Counted from the stretch's first letter, positions 12,501-24,979 are shown. The stretch is 64,000 nt of DNA from Paraspadella gotoi (GCA_051294375.1 CM119267.1:20089476-20153475), one strand, 5' to 3'. The notes: a model not told the origin generated them from the sequence alone. Translations and numbers: made by a program.

Positions 12501-15500
12501 GTTGGGAGGCGAATGACTTGCCTCCGGCACCAATGGCCGCTGATGAACGGTTGGTGGGTTTTATTCCACCATAGACCAAAAAAAAAAAAAAAAAAAAAAG
12601 ATTCCAAAAGCACAAAAATGTTACAAATGGTAAGTAAATCAACCAAGCATCGGTCCATTCCTGTAGTCGGGCATTGCATAAGTTGCAATGCAATACCGGA
12701 CTACATTCCTACTCACGTTTTTCTTGCTCTCTGGCGAAAAGTATTTCTTGACGAACATGGCGCCGACGGCCGTGCCCACAAGGCTCTTCGAAAATTTCAC
12801 GCAAGTGACTTTGCGCGGAGGCTTCTTGGCTCCTGTCACCGCCTAGATTTTATTATGGGTTGTGATATTGTACAAATTACAACGAAAAAAAAAAGATCAA
12901 AAAGGTAAAATTTAATTGAAAAAAAAAGTTTTTATAATTCCTCCCTTTAAACCAAGAAGGTAAAATACAATGTAGTAAATTTATTAAATAAATTTTAGAA
13001 GTAACATAATTGAATTATTAGATAAATAAAATATTTTTAAAAAAGAAAGCAATATATGATTGAATAAATAATATAGATTAAATACTAAAACCTTCATAAA
13101 ATTATTAAAATATTAAAATAGAAAAATAAAAAAATAGTGAAACAAGTAATTTGCAAATTTTCATAAAAACAAGACTGTCACCACCAAAAGAAAGCGGGTG
13201 ATGATGATACCAGGTTATAATCGGCGAGGGCGTCGCGAAAGTCGTCGGTGACGTAGGGCGCCATCTTGTAGATCACGCGAGAGATCACGTAGTTGTTTAG
13301 GGTTCTGGATCGTTGAAAAAAAAAAAGAAGCACAATTTATAATATTAATTTCTAAATTCATATTCGGACGATCTTTTCTTTTAGCTCACGGTCTCACGCT
13401 ATTTTATCCAGTTTAGAACATTGCTCCACCCCACCTCCTCGAAAAGAGCTCTTTAGGGTCGCGACAATATTGCCCTTTGTTCATTTGACTGCAGAACAGA
13501 GGCTTACCGAGATAGGATTTTAAAATTCACAAAATTAAAAATCCGAAAGAGGAAAAAAAAAAAGAAGATTACTGAATAAGAAGATCAACGGCGAATTTGT
13601 TACTCGAATTCAAATAAATGATTTTGGTTACCAAATCGACCTCTCTCGCAGTCGCTCTCTCTCGCTATCACACTTTTCAACTCCTTTTTTTCATCGTTAT
13701 GATACAGTAGTCACTAGTCAGTACTAGCATTCTTGTCTGACGTATAGTGAGTAAACACGGGCCACGGCATATAAGTTTGTTAATTGATATCAAGACTAAC
13801 GATTATTTCCGACTCGGTATTTCTATGTCGTCAGTCCATACTGCATATGTATTTACCATTGTCTAGTCTATTCCTTGGTTGCTCTAAATATCCCAGCTCC
13901 GACTCCCCCCTTTAAATCCGCACTTTTAAATTCTCAGTCTAAAATTCCTACCCTCGTCTCAAAACTTCGTCCTTACTTGACATCCGTCGCGGCGACGAGG
14001 TCGACCAGTTTGACGAAGTAAGACTTGACGCTCATGATGATGTCGGAGTCGGCCTCCAGATTCGTGAAGACGTCGAGGAGGTCGCCCCACTTTACCTGTG
14101 GAAATCGGATTGAGACTTTAATCTCATTCGCATATTGTAGTAATTATCAGACAGCTCGGTTACGCGCGAAGGAGAGATATTTTGGACTTGGGCGTACTTT
14201 TAAAAAGACTTTTAAAAAGACAGACGGAGTGAAGACAGACTGCCAACTTACGAATGTGAAATTTGATTTAAGATCGGCGAATGGAAATTTGTTGTAACTC
14301 TTTGTCGGATCTCGCTGCTCTGGGTCGTGGGGGAGCGGCGTGATCTGGAGTAGGAAAGGGATGGTTGATAATAATGACGGGGGAATCAAAAAATCACTCG
14401 GTCGCCGATAGTAGTGACAATTTATAATTTTATGGTGGACTAAAATCCACCAACCGTTCATCAGCGGCCATTGGTGCCGGAGGCAAGTCATTCGCCTCCC
14501 AACCCAAAGGTCCGGGGTTCTAGCCCGGTGGTCGCCTGGCAGTTAAGAGGGACGGGGCGCTTAACCCGCCTGTAACATGGTGTTACAGCCTGATCCGAAG
14601 CTCAGGGACTGTTTATATTGAACGGTTCTATCACTAACACATAATAATAATTACTGTCTCTTCACTTGCAATTTTTCTTCTGAAAATAAAACTCACGTTG
14701 GCGATTTTGACTTCGAAATCCCAGATGATCTTCATGAATTCCTCGGCGTCGGTGTCGTTCAGCCCCATCAACGTCCCGAGGCGTTGAGTGTAGTTGCGGA
14801 AGCCGACGCAACGGGTGCTGTTCGGTTCCATGTAGTATTCGGGGGAGTTGAGATGAAGACCATCCGGTGATATCTGGATGAGGGGGACGGGGAATATTTG
14901 CTGAGATGATATATATTTGATGAAAAAGGGCAGCAAGCAGCGCACTGTGCGCAGCGTGCTCACTGTAAATTAAAAAATAGTCATCATTATCGAACTCTCG
15001 GCCCGGCGACTATTTTCAGGGTATGGACGATCCTTTTGCGCAAAACAGCAATTTTTCGACACAATATTCCCACTCGACACCCTTACTCTCCACAACTGAG
15101 TCCACAACCGCGCCCACAACCGCGCCCACACTCGACTCACGTGCAGACGATTTCGCGTGGGTTCCTTCCCGTCGTCGCCCACGTAGTAGACAAAGAAGGG
15201 TGAGGCGCCGTAATCGAAGATGACGCTTTTGATGGCGGCGTCGAAATTCCACGACGCGCTGGTCCACGCCGATTTTCCGCGGGCGGCGTCGTAGCTCCAT
15301 CCGCCGAGGCGGGCGATGGCCTCTTCCAACTGTGAGGAGTGTGAGAGAGTTGGTGAGATGAGGGATAGATGTGAAGGGGTGAAGATATGCATGATATTAT
15401 TGGTACAAGTATAACAATTGTTCATTCATTTAATAAATAAGCTAACTTGCCCCAGACTTTGTACAGGCTTTGGTGGTTTAAGGCCTCACATCACTCTTAC

Positions 15501-16256
15501 AAGGATGAGGGAAAGACAAGGAAAGAGAGGAAGATAAAAGGAGGGAGAGGGAGTGAGTTAAAGAGTGAAGAAAAAAAACAAAAAAGTAAAGAAAAACGAA
15601 AGGAGATCAGGAATTTCAAATGAAATTTATTTAAATCAAATCAAGATGAAATTGAACGAAAAGAAATAAAACAATTTTGTTCCCTTAGACAAATCCGACC
15701 ACATTGATGCCCGGTGCACTTTTGAGGCACTTCTTAAAAAGAATATCGTACAATAATATAATCATATTGGTACCAATTTCATGATTGTATAATATACAAT
15801 GTATATCCCTCCCACCACTTTACTACTTTAAATCCCCAATCCATAGCCAACCATAGTCGTTCCCTCCTTGTCCATCTTTTCCGTATCCATGCACTGACGG
15901 TAGACGGTCTTGCAAATGTTGTTCGGCTCGTGGATGTCGTTGTTTTCCACGTCGACCTCGAGCATCTGCTGGAGTCGGTCGTCCGTCCGCTTGACGATGA
16001 CGTCGAAGTTGCCCCAGCTCACTTGGTCGTCGGGAATCTCGTTGCGCGACATCCATCCTGGGAAAAAAGATAAGGTGAGGTAAGGGCGGGAAAATTATAA
16101 GAAAAATAACTTGGAGAAACGAGACCGAGGGTGAGTAACCTATAAAAGAGTTTTAATGGTTAAGATAACTTTAATACACCTTACTAATATCACTCATTTA
16201 CTTAGCTCACTCTCTTCATGAACTCTTTCAAAAAAAAGTCAATCTCTGTCTGTCTG

Positions 16257-16306
<50 letters not shown>

Positions 16307-17159
16307 CACCTCCGCAAGAGTATTCGTAAAAGTCTTCGCAAGGATCGGCGGAGAAATTGATCTTAGCGCCGATCATTCCCGCCGCCTCGAAACAGTCGGG
16401 CGTCATGCATGTCGCCGGCCGTGTTCGGAAGTAATCCGCTGAACAAATTAAAAATTTAAAAAAAAAAACATTTAATATTACATATTTAACGTAGATGGTT
16501 GTCCAAAACGAAACTTTGAATTGAATAAAAGCACATCCAAAAATGTATTGTTGATATCCCGTGAGCCAGAATGGATGGCACAAAGTACTCAGAAACTAAT
16601 TAATATAAAAGTGAACTTATTGAATGTAAGTTTACCTAAGTAAGAAATTGGTACAACCAATACAATAATTATCCATTTAATAAATTAATTATCTTGCCTT
16701 ACAAGAAAATAACATAGGAGGACCCTGCGAGCTTTCAATCACAGTCCAGTATATGAACTCACAGAGTACCTGGCTTCCAACGAAGTGGTAAAATATTTTT
16801 CTATAAACTATTTCACTCGTGTAAAAGGCCCCGCTCCCGCAAGCTTTTCGTGACTGAAACTTGAGAGCAAGGAACTTTCAATCAATCAATCACTTTCAAC
16901 GAGACTCACATTTCAATGAGATCACTATGAGGACGACGCAGAGCGCCGTGCAGAGAGCGAGTAGGACGAAGGCGGCGATCTTGAAGAAGTTCTTGGCCTC
17001 TCGTCCTCCGTTCGGCTTCGCTTCCTCCTCGCCGACGCTGCGAACGGAAAGAAAAACGTGACGCGACTCTGCCGGCGAATCTACGGGCGACTCTTCGATC
17101 GACGGCGACGAAACGGGCGTCAAATTCGGGGCGCGGTGACGGACCACGCTTTGATACAT
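9569..17159 (-). CDS. M13 family zinc metallopeptidase (neprilysin / endothelin-converting-enzyme-like), multi-exon type II membrane protein
   Basis: N-terminal TM (IAAFVLLALCTALCVVLIVISL), ADPCEDFYEYSCGGW, VNAYY, NYAAIGTVIGHELTHAFDD (HExxH, ~10705-10765), GENIADTGG (~10020-10050), C-terminal DPHAPGSVR...CVIW*. Middle exons carry indels that look like sequencing noise. Confidence 0.95.
10187..10260 (+). tRNA. tRNA-Ile (anticodon AAT), antisense within an intron of the M13 peptidase gene
   Basis: GGCCGGTTAGCTCAGTTGGTTAGAGCGTGGTGCTAATAACGCTAAGGTCGAGGGTTCGAGCCCCTCACTGGCCA: complete cloverleaf with A/B boxes and T-runs just downstream. Confidence 0.95.
12340..12573 (-). mobile_element. Family 1 solo LTR (234 bp) with 4-bp TSD GACC
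   Basis: gacc|TGAAGAGAC...CCACCATA|gacc on the plus strand. Near-identical to 14431-14664 and 46262-46495. Confidence 0.85.
14431..14664 (+). mobile_element. Family 1 solo LTR (234 bp): tRNA-Gly-like head plus type P5 twister motif
   Basis: TATGGTGGAC...CTCTTCA. The tRNA-like part is GGCCATTGGTGCCGGAGG...TCGCCTCCCAA...CCGGGGTTCTAGCCCGG, and the twister motif lies at 14539-14612. No clean TSD here. Confidence 0.85.
14539..14612 (+). ncRNA. Candidate twister ribozyme, circularly permuted type P5 (family 1)
   Basis: GCAGT-TAA-GAGG-GA-CGGG-GCGCT-TAA-CCC-GC-[CTGTAACA TGG TGTTACAG]-[CCTGA TCCG AAGC TCAGG]-G-ACTGT. T1 is CGGG/TCCG, T2 is GC/GC, P5 is GCAGT/ACTGY. Confidence 0.65.
15446..15503 (-). 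ncRNA. Candidate minimal type P5 twister ribozyme (family 3), sense strand in an M13 peptidase intron
   Basis: CTTG-TAA-GAGT-GA-TGTG-AGGCCT-TAA-ACC-AC-CAAAG-CCTG-TACA-AAGT-CTGG-GG-CAAG. T1 TGTG/TACA and T2 AC/GT are compensatory relative to the other families. Confidence 0.6.
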
Positions 17160-17799
17160 TCTCGTTTCGTGGCGGGAGATGAAATATATATCGCGAAGGA
17201 CACGGGTCGGCGGAATGATATCGAAATTTTTTGTTGGTAGAAATTGAGAGGGAACTGGAATTTAACCCTTGGCTACGCTTTAAACCAATCTAGCCCCACC
17301 TTTTTGTTTATTTCAAAGTCAGTTCATACATTCTTTATCTGACAATCCGTTGTTTCCAATCGGATATCGGTTGCCCTATCTATTCTTCATTACCTCCCAT
17401 AATCGTTGGCCGGTAAAGGATCGTAATCCTTCTCTGGCTTCAACAGCTGCATCTCTTCGGACATTTGCGTCCCACGCCGAGGAGATGAATCAACTGTGTC
17501 TTCAATACATCGTCGCTTTGATATTCGACCGCTTTTTTTATTTATTACTGATGGATGGGTTTTTAAGTTGTTTATCTCGGTCAGCAGACAGCGGTGCGGT
17601 CAGCGTTCGTACAGCGATGCGGACTTTCTTGTCTCGACCGTTTCTAACACGAAGACGATGACGAACACGAAAATAGTCGCACGTAATTTTTTTTCAGGCG
17701 ACGACTAAAATTGTCTTAAGCAGAAGACCCCCCAAAAAAAACCAGTTTCGGAGGAACAGGTAAAGAGGCGGATTCTCGGTTCTTTCAGTTGCGTTGTGA

Positions 17800-17883
<84 letters not shown>

Positions 17884-19222
17884 GGGGGTTTAACTTTCAG
17901 GCCGATCGAGGGTTAAATTACGATGAAAAAAAATATATCGATCGGCTGATCGAATCGAAACGGATCGAGGATTGTGAAGCTTCTCCCGCGGGCGAACGAA
18001 TCGACCCGATTCTATTTTTAGATTGAGAGTTTAGCTCCGTAACTAAGTTCCATCAGAATTGCGGTTTTTTAAACAAAAGAAACGATTTCACTCCCTCGCT
18101 GATTATAGTAGTCATAATAGAAAAAAAAAGATAAACTTCTTAAATCTTTTTCATCTCTTAATAATCTTTTATAGGCCATCCGCATCGAAAAAAAAAAAAT
18201 TAAAGGCCAAATTATCGGACAAGATATCAATCCTCTTTTTGCCGCCAACGCACCTGAATGACGAGACCCTGTTGTTGTTGTACAACTCCGAGGTCGAAGA
18301 GTTTCCATCGTTGGTCGACGGCATTTTTTCTCCTTTTTCGTTTACGTCAGTTTTGTTTATATTTACCTTTTTTTTTTTAAATAAAAAACCGTTTCAGTCG
18401 ACGAAGGTTTCTTTTTTTTTTCCTCTTACAATTTTTTCCTCCTTGATTCCGGCCGCGAAGTTTCCTTTCATTCACGAAAAATAATGAAAATAAAAGGGAG
18501 AATATAAAGAGGAGTTTCGCGGTTCCATTCACGATCCAAGATTCGCGATTCAGGTTTTTTTTTCTTTATTTTTTCATTCCATTAACAACAAAAAATAATT
18601 TACTCGACTCGTCGGGAGAGCTCGGCCGAGGACCTCAACATCAACGCTCGTTCCGCCATCTAGGGATCTTCTTTTTTTTATTTTAAACTGAAAATGAAAT
18701 AAATAAATAAATAAAGTCAATTACGCTCGTCTTATCGGTTGTGATTTCTTATTCTAATAATCTTTATCTGGGTGGGATAATCGGGACGCAATGAAATGTC
18801 AGTAGCAAAAACAAGTGCACGGAACTTCCTTAAAACTTTTTGCGTTTCTTTCGAAGTTCAAGTTTAGATAGCGACATATCACATATGTATATTAAATACG
18901 ATCTTTTCTCAAATATGACGTCGCAAAGATCTTTGACTGGGCCGTAGAATCAAAACAAGAAAAACATAAAATAAATAAAGGAAAAGCGCGAAGTCTGATA
19001 AATAATTCTGTGAGAATTCTTGCAATGGATGGAAAGAGAAGGCAAGAGGAGAGAGAGAGAGAGATATTGAGAGGAGAGAGATTGAAGAGAGAGAGAAGAG
19101 AGAGAGAGAAGAGAGAGAGAGAGAAGGATATACCTGAAGGAGAGCAAAACGCAAAGTGATCGTAACGCCGAGCGTTCTTTTTTAAAAGGAAGAATAAAAG
19201 AGAATCTCTCTCTCTTTCTCTC

Positions 19223-19286
<64 letters not shown>

Positions 19287-19378
19287 CCTCTCCCTCATTA
19301 TTTTTTCTTCCTCTCATTCGATCTGATTACACGCGGTAAATGCGATTTAAAAAAAATTACTAAAAATTCGTCGAGAGA

Positions 19379-19814
19379 AAACAAGTTTGAGCAAACAATG
19401 TCGGATCTGCCTACGATGATTTAGCGGTAAGCAGCTAATCAGATGTAATTAATTTTTATTCCTAGTTTGGTGATCTTGCCTGCAAAATTATTTTTAAAAT
19501 AATTTAATAAAGTTAATTCCCTATGGTCACTTTCCGATCATCCGTTCCTAATCTTTACTTCCTGATTGCCGATTCCTAATTATTAAAGTATTGTTACCTA
19601 ACGTATTATTGATGCAATGATAATGATTTATTGATGCGATAATAGTAGATACGATAATAATCGATCGTTGACGTAATGATAATCGATCGTTGATCAATGA
19701 TACAATGATGTCCGATATATGTGTGAATATGAATGTGAATGCGTGAATGGACCGATGGACCGACAAAGTGAATTAAAGAGTCGGAATGTGCGATAAGCAG
19801 ATCCGACTAAAAAA
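19379..19814 (-). mobile_element. Helentron-associated non-autonomous element (HINE/DINE-1-like)
   Basis: Minus strand: T-run, subTIR AGTCGGATCTGC with nearby inverted copy, (GTCC)-like repeats, then 3' subTIR GCAGATCCGAC and CTTGTTT end. The same 5' end occurs at ~37095-37130. Confidence 0.6.
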
Positions 19815-19851
19815 TAGAATATGAAGGAAGACCTTTCTTAAGTCGAAGAGT

Positions 19852-19902
<51 letters not shown>

Positions 19903-20555
19903 CGAGAGAGAAGAGAGAGAGAGAGAGCGAGAGAGAGGAGACGTCAATACTTAAGACTTGATCGTCTGGGACAGCGGTGGCAGCCAAGACGGACGAAGTT
20001 GACAAATCACCCAAAATATTAATAAAAACTGACGGGGAACATAAAGATAAAAAAAGCGTTTTCAAATTGTGATGCCTCAAGATAAATTCGATTCTCAAGA
20101 AATAATTACAAATTTCCTGTGACATAAGGCTCCTTGGGAGGTGGAAGTTGGAAAAAATACAGGGTTATCTATTATCCTCGACACATATTCGAGAATCGAG
20201 ATAGTGCTCATCAGATAATCTAATAAAAAAAATAAATTAATCTAAACAAACAGACATTAGAATACATTATTAGAAAAAAATGATATATGTAGTACAAAAT
20301 TTTACATTTTAAAAATTTAAAATTCAAATTGAATTTGATACAGTACATATAATAAATAATAAAACTTGTATAATTTTATATTTAACGATTTAAGCTGACA
20401 AGATTATTAGTGCAAATTTAAAATTATTAATGAGCATTAATTTATCAGTCACTAATTACTGTTGACTTACTTATTTTTGTTAAAGTTTATTCGAATAATC
20501 TGTTAACTAAACATAACTTCGCTATAAAAAAGAATATAAAAGCCTCCAGAGCAAT

Positions 20556-20855
20556 TTTTTTTACAAGCGTTTGCGGGGGAGTTAAAAAAGTAACTCTATA
20601 AAAGGCGGAAGATGTTGATGATATTGGCGAGCCTTCACGCCGATTATTTCAGGAGGATAGACCTTTGGTAGGGTAGTCTGGTGATTTTTTATTTTTATTA
20701 AGAAAATTTTTTTACAAGCGTTTGCGGGGAAGTTAAAAAAGTACTCTATAAAAGGCGGAAGATGTGATGATATTTGGGAGCCTTCATGCCGATTATTTCA
20801 GGAGGATAGACCTTTGGTAAGGTAGTCTGGTGATTTTTTATTTTATTAAGAAAAT
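20556..20855. repeat. Two tandem ~150-bp direct repeats
   Basis: ttttacaagcgtttgcgggg...gtctggtgattttttatttttattaagaaaa occurs twice in a row. Confidence 0.8.
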
Positions 20856-21658
20856 TTTTTTCACGTGCTGTCATGTCGCAGACATCGTTAGCTTTCATAT
20901 GATACCTCACATGATGCATTAAAATTATTTTATGATAGCATTATGACATAAAAAAAATTGCGATAATTTTTTCTGGCAGTCCTCGTAGACACAGCTAAAT
21001 CTTATATTTACATTTGTAATAAGTGGGACCAATAAATTTTGATATATTGATGTATATATATCAATGTTGATCTTCAGTATCATAAATATTGACGAAAATA
21101 ATTTTTTTAGATTAATTTATTTTGAAATTTATTGTCAGAATTGATTTTTTTTTCATTAATTCAAATAAATATACAGCGGTCATGCACTGATTCCAATTCT
21201 GTTGGGTTTAGCACATAACGAAAAAAATAACTTGACGTCGTAGTCAGAAATAATAGCAATTATTCCAAATTTTTTCTTAAAATTTATTATCATTTTTGTT
21301 TCTGACTGTTTTTGCCAAACATGCCCTTTAAAATTAGAAAAATAAAGATTAGCTAATGAAACTACAAAGTCTTAGGTACATTTCGTTGCCGGAACAAAGA
21401 AAATTCATTGATATCATAGTTTCAATATGGAGCCTTGAAATACCTCATTTTCTTCGTAATTTACCCCTTTATTGATAAGAGCCTTGTATTATAATAAAAA
21501 ATGAAAACAATAATTTAACCATACAGCTACATGCATTAGCGTGTTATTGAAAGATTGTAGTTGTTTTTAAATAAATTTTTTTGTGATAATCCTTTTGTTT
21601 GTTGTTTAAAATAGATTAGAGGAAAAACTAAATTTTTTCGCGCTTTAACATTTATTTT

Positions 21659-22948
21659 TTATTGAGCCTACTGGCGAAGCCGGTTCAGGCTCGATATTGA
21701 TTCGGGTGAGCTTCTTTGTGACGTTCGTCGTCGTCGTCGTCGGCGCGTCACGCATTTTTATATAAAAACTACTACGCTTTTATAGTTTTGGCTGTGACTT
21801 ACCGTTTTTTTAAATAAAAATTATATAAATTATCAATGAAGTTTTATAAAAGTGTGCGATCATAGTAAGTTAAAAATTTAGATATGGTTTCTCATCTTGA
21901 AATAGCTCTGAAATTTTATATTAATATTGGATTCAAGTATTTTTTGTTTGAATTTCCACTTCATTATGATTTACTGCAATATGCAAATGAAATTATAGTA
22001 CTCATTATAATATCCAAATTAGTATATAGAAATGGCTTAATCTAATTTACATATTGCAGTATATAATATTGAAGATGAAATTCAAAATTTTTTTTAAAAA
22101 TCTATAATAAAAATGGTAAATCAAAGGACCTTTTTAATGAGAAGCTATATCTTAATTTTAATACAAATAAAAATAAAATCTTTTACAAGCTATGATTGGA
22201 AAAATTGTAAAAATTTCTAATTGTAAACAATTGTAACATTTTTTTTATTCTTTTATTTCTTTAAATTATATATAAATTTTTTTCTTATTTTTGTCAGTAG
22301 CTGCCTTTTCTGAACCCTTTAAACGAGTTTTCATTCATACAATCAATGTCAATCTCATTCATTTTTAATAATATGCAAAAAAATAAGGTTTTCAACCTCA
22401 TTTTGAATTAGATGAACAAAAGACTTCAGTCTTATTTCAGTTGAAAAAAAAATAGAAAGTTAATTGATGCTTAATCACACTCTAATAAAACAATTTTATT
22501 TTTATCACGCCACTTTTTTTCTTAATACAAAATTCCAAGTTTATTTCCGAGATTTTGTGATTTTTATTTTTTTCTTTCTAAAAACTTTTATTATTATTTA
22601 TTTTTCTCTCTATATTTCTCTCTCAATAAACTCTCTGTCGCTCTCTCTCTCTCTCTTTCTCTTCTCTAATTAACTCATCGCATCAATGAATGACTAGCAT
22701 CGCATCAATGAATGATTATCATCGCATCAATGAATGACTATCATCACATCAATAAATGATTATCATCCGATCAATGAAGTACTATCATCACATCAATGAA
22801 TGATTATCATCGCATCAATGAATGATTATCATCGCATCCATCATTGGTTATCATCGCATCAATCCTTGGTTATCATCGCATCAATATTTGGTTATCATCG
22901 CATCAATATTTGGTTATCATCAAAAGCAGGCTCGATCCCTATTGCTTT
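21659..22948 (+). mobile_element. Possible HINE-like element containing a ~21-bp minisatellite
   Basis: T-run then ATTGAGCCT (21661), inverted AGGCTCGAT (21687), (CGT)n, and a 3' AGGCTCGAT (22928). The (TCATCGCATCAATGAATGATTA)-type array lies at 22675-22920. Confidence 0.45.
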
Positions 22949-22950
22949 TA

Positions 22951-23259
22951 AATTTTTTTATATTGGTTTAAGGGAGAGAGAGAAGGAGGGAGATATTAAC
23001 TTATGTTACTTTAGTTTTTCACTTCTATTCACTGTTGTACATTGCCAAATGTATTGATCTCTCTCTCTCCCTCTCTTCTCTCTCTCTTTCTTTTTCACCA
23101 ATCTCAAATTCACTCACTCTCCTTCCCTTCCCTCACTTTCTCCTGTCCTAACATCTGACCACCGTCCTTTACTCAATTTCTTTGTTGGAAACTCTCTCAC
23201 TCTCTCTCCCTCAATATCTCCCTCCTCTCTCTCTCCCTTAAACCAATATAAAAAAGTTT
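22951..23259. mobile_element. MITE-like element with ~45-bp terminal inverted repeats
   Basis: tttttatattggtttaagggagagagagaaggagggagatatt at the left end and aatatctccctcctctctctctcccttaaaccaatataaaaa at the right end. Confidence 0.65.
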
Positions 23260-23276
23260 GTGAAAGTATCTTTTTC

Positions 23277-23320
23277 AATGCTGATGAAGACTCGAAAACT
23301 AGAGTCGAAACTTGTCCATT
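23277..23320 (+). ncRNA. Minimal type I hammerhead ribozyme of the Penelope-like-element kind
   Basis: AATG-CTGATGA-A-GACTC-GAAAACTA-GAGTC-GAAAC-TT-GTC-CATT: full core, helix I AATG/CATT, helix II GACTC/GAGTC, tiny helix III, GUC cleavage triplet. Confidence 0.8.
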
Positions 23321-24943
23321 ATATAAAAAATAAATGTTGTTAAAGCGCGAAAAAATTTAGTTTTTCCTCTAAAATTTTTTTTAATATTAATATATATAGC
23401 TAATGGGCATTATGCAATTGTTTTTAATTTTCACCTGAAGATGACCACAATTTAAAAATCTGATAATACAGTCTTTTAGCCCTATGTCAGTAGTTTTTAA
23501 ATCAGGGGAACAAAGTTTGAACTCCTAAATTTTCATATTTAAATCATATGTTTTTAAGGTTGCTACATGATTTTTTACTTCTTTTTTTTCAACGGTAACG
23601 GAACAACTTGCTTTCAAGGCATATCGCGTCTATGCGCGTCTACGTAAGTCAATTTTAAAAACAGATTTGGATTCCTCAAACGCATATTTACTAGTAACCT
23701 GACGACATCAAGTGACGGAAGTTTGGTTCTCTTATTATATCAAAAAGAAAAATTAATTCTAATATTTTTAGTTAATATCTATCGATTTCAATGAAAAAAA
23801 AGGCACTAGATATATTGCATGTGATTGAACAATGTTATCGCAATAATAATCTTATTAATTTTATGTATTTTGTAAGTATTTTAAGTATTTTTATTCAGTG
23901 AGTAAAATACAACTTTTTTATTTCGTAATTTTTATCTCGGACGCTTAACGCCAGACGTCCCTACCTTTGGTGAACCACTGATCGGAGTTTCAAGCACATA
24001 GTGTCGTACGCGCGTCGACGTTTCTATGAGTTTTGCAGAAGAAGTTTGAATGGCCTTGTCAAAAATTAAATGATACCCCTCGAAGGCTGAGTTCGTCAGT
24101 CTATTTCTGATCAAAGTAAAATGTTATGCAATTTTTGTGTAATAAAAACCTTACAACTTGTAATTATTTTCGGAAAAAACTAGCATTTGTTGACAAATTT
24201 GATCAAAATATTATTCGTTGCTTTCTTAAGACGCAGTTTCCAACTACTGCACCTCGTGGGAAAAAAAATACTCTCAAGAATTTTTTTTAAACAGAAAAAA
24301 AAACCTATGAACTCCGAAGGATAAAATAAAAAGCGATTTTTTTTTTCAAATAAAATTTTTTTTCTTTTCGTTTATAAAAGAATTAAAAAAAAAAAGAAAA
24401 ACGTCTTACATATCTATTGTTCTTATGTCGCAGATGTCGTCGTTTTTGTCGTAGTTTTCGTTGTTCGAGATGGCTTTCTAACTTATTGGAATTTATACAG
24501 TATATAAAAATACAGTTTATAAAAATTACAAAATTATTCGTTTAGTTAGAATTATCGTCTTGACGTTTGCGATAATGCTTATACAATTGGGTGAATAAGA
24601 TGTAAATTAAACCAAATCGTATTTTTATTTATTGTTCCAATGCTCCTCTAGTTTTTCATCGTCATCGTCACGATGCTTATTGTCCTCGTCATCTTTGTCA
24701 GTCTTTTCGCCTTTGACTTTGTTCTTTTTTTCCAGATTGTACCCAATTGTCACTGCAATTCCATCAGGTATGTCTCGAATCAAACCATCGGGAATTCCGT
24801 TGTTTTCATCGATAAAACTTTTGTCATTTTCGTTGACATCAATGTCGTTTTGCGGGAGCAAAAAAAAAAGAAAAAGAAAATGCAAAATGATTTTATTTTT
24901 TGGTTTTTGGTCACTGAGTGAGAAAAGAAGGGCGTCGTCGTTG

Positions 24944-24979
<36 letters not shown>

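Noticed and set aside
12340-12573. Family 1 repeat as a HINE/Helentron (AACCGTTCA...TGAACGGTT plus terminal hairpin) or as a plain tRNA SINE
   Set aside because: Fixed ends, 4-bp TSDs, no poly(A) or simple-repeat tail, ~35 nt upstream of the tRNA-like part, and a two-LTR copy with PBS and PPT all favour an LTR.
12540-12573. CTGATGA in family 1 as a hammerhead core
   Set aside because: No GAAA after a helix II and no NUH site in the right place.
11139-14160. Frameshifts in M13 peptidase exons as pseudogenisation
   Set aside because: Indels differ between the two duplicate copies and catalytic exons are intact, which points to sequencing noise.
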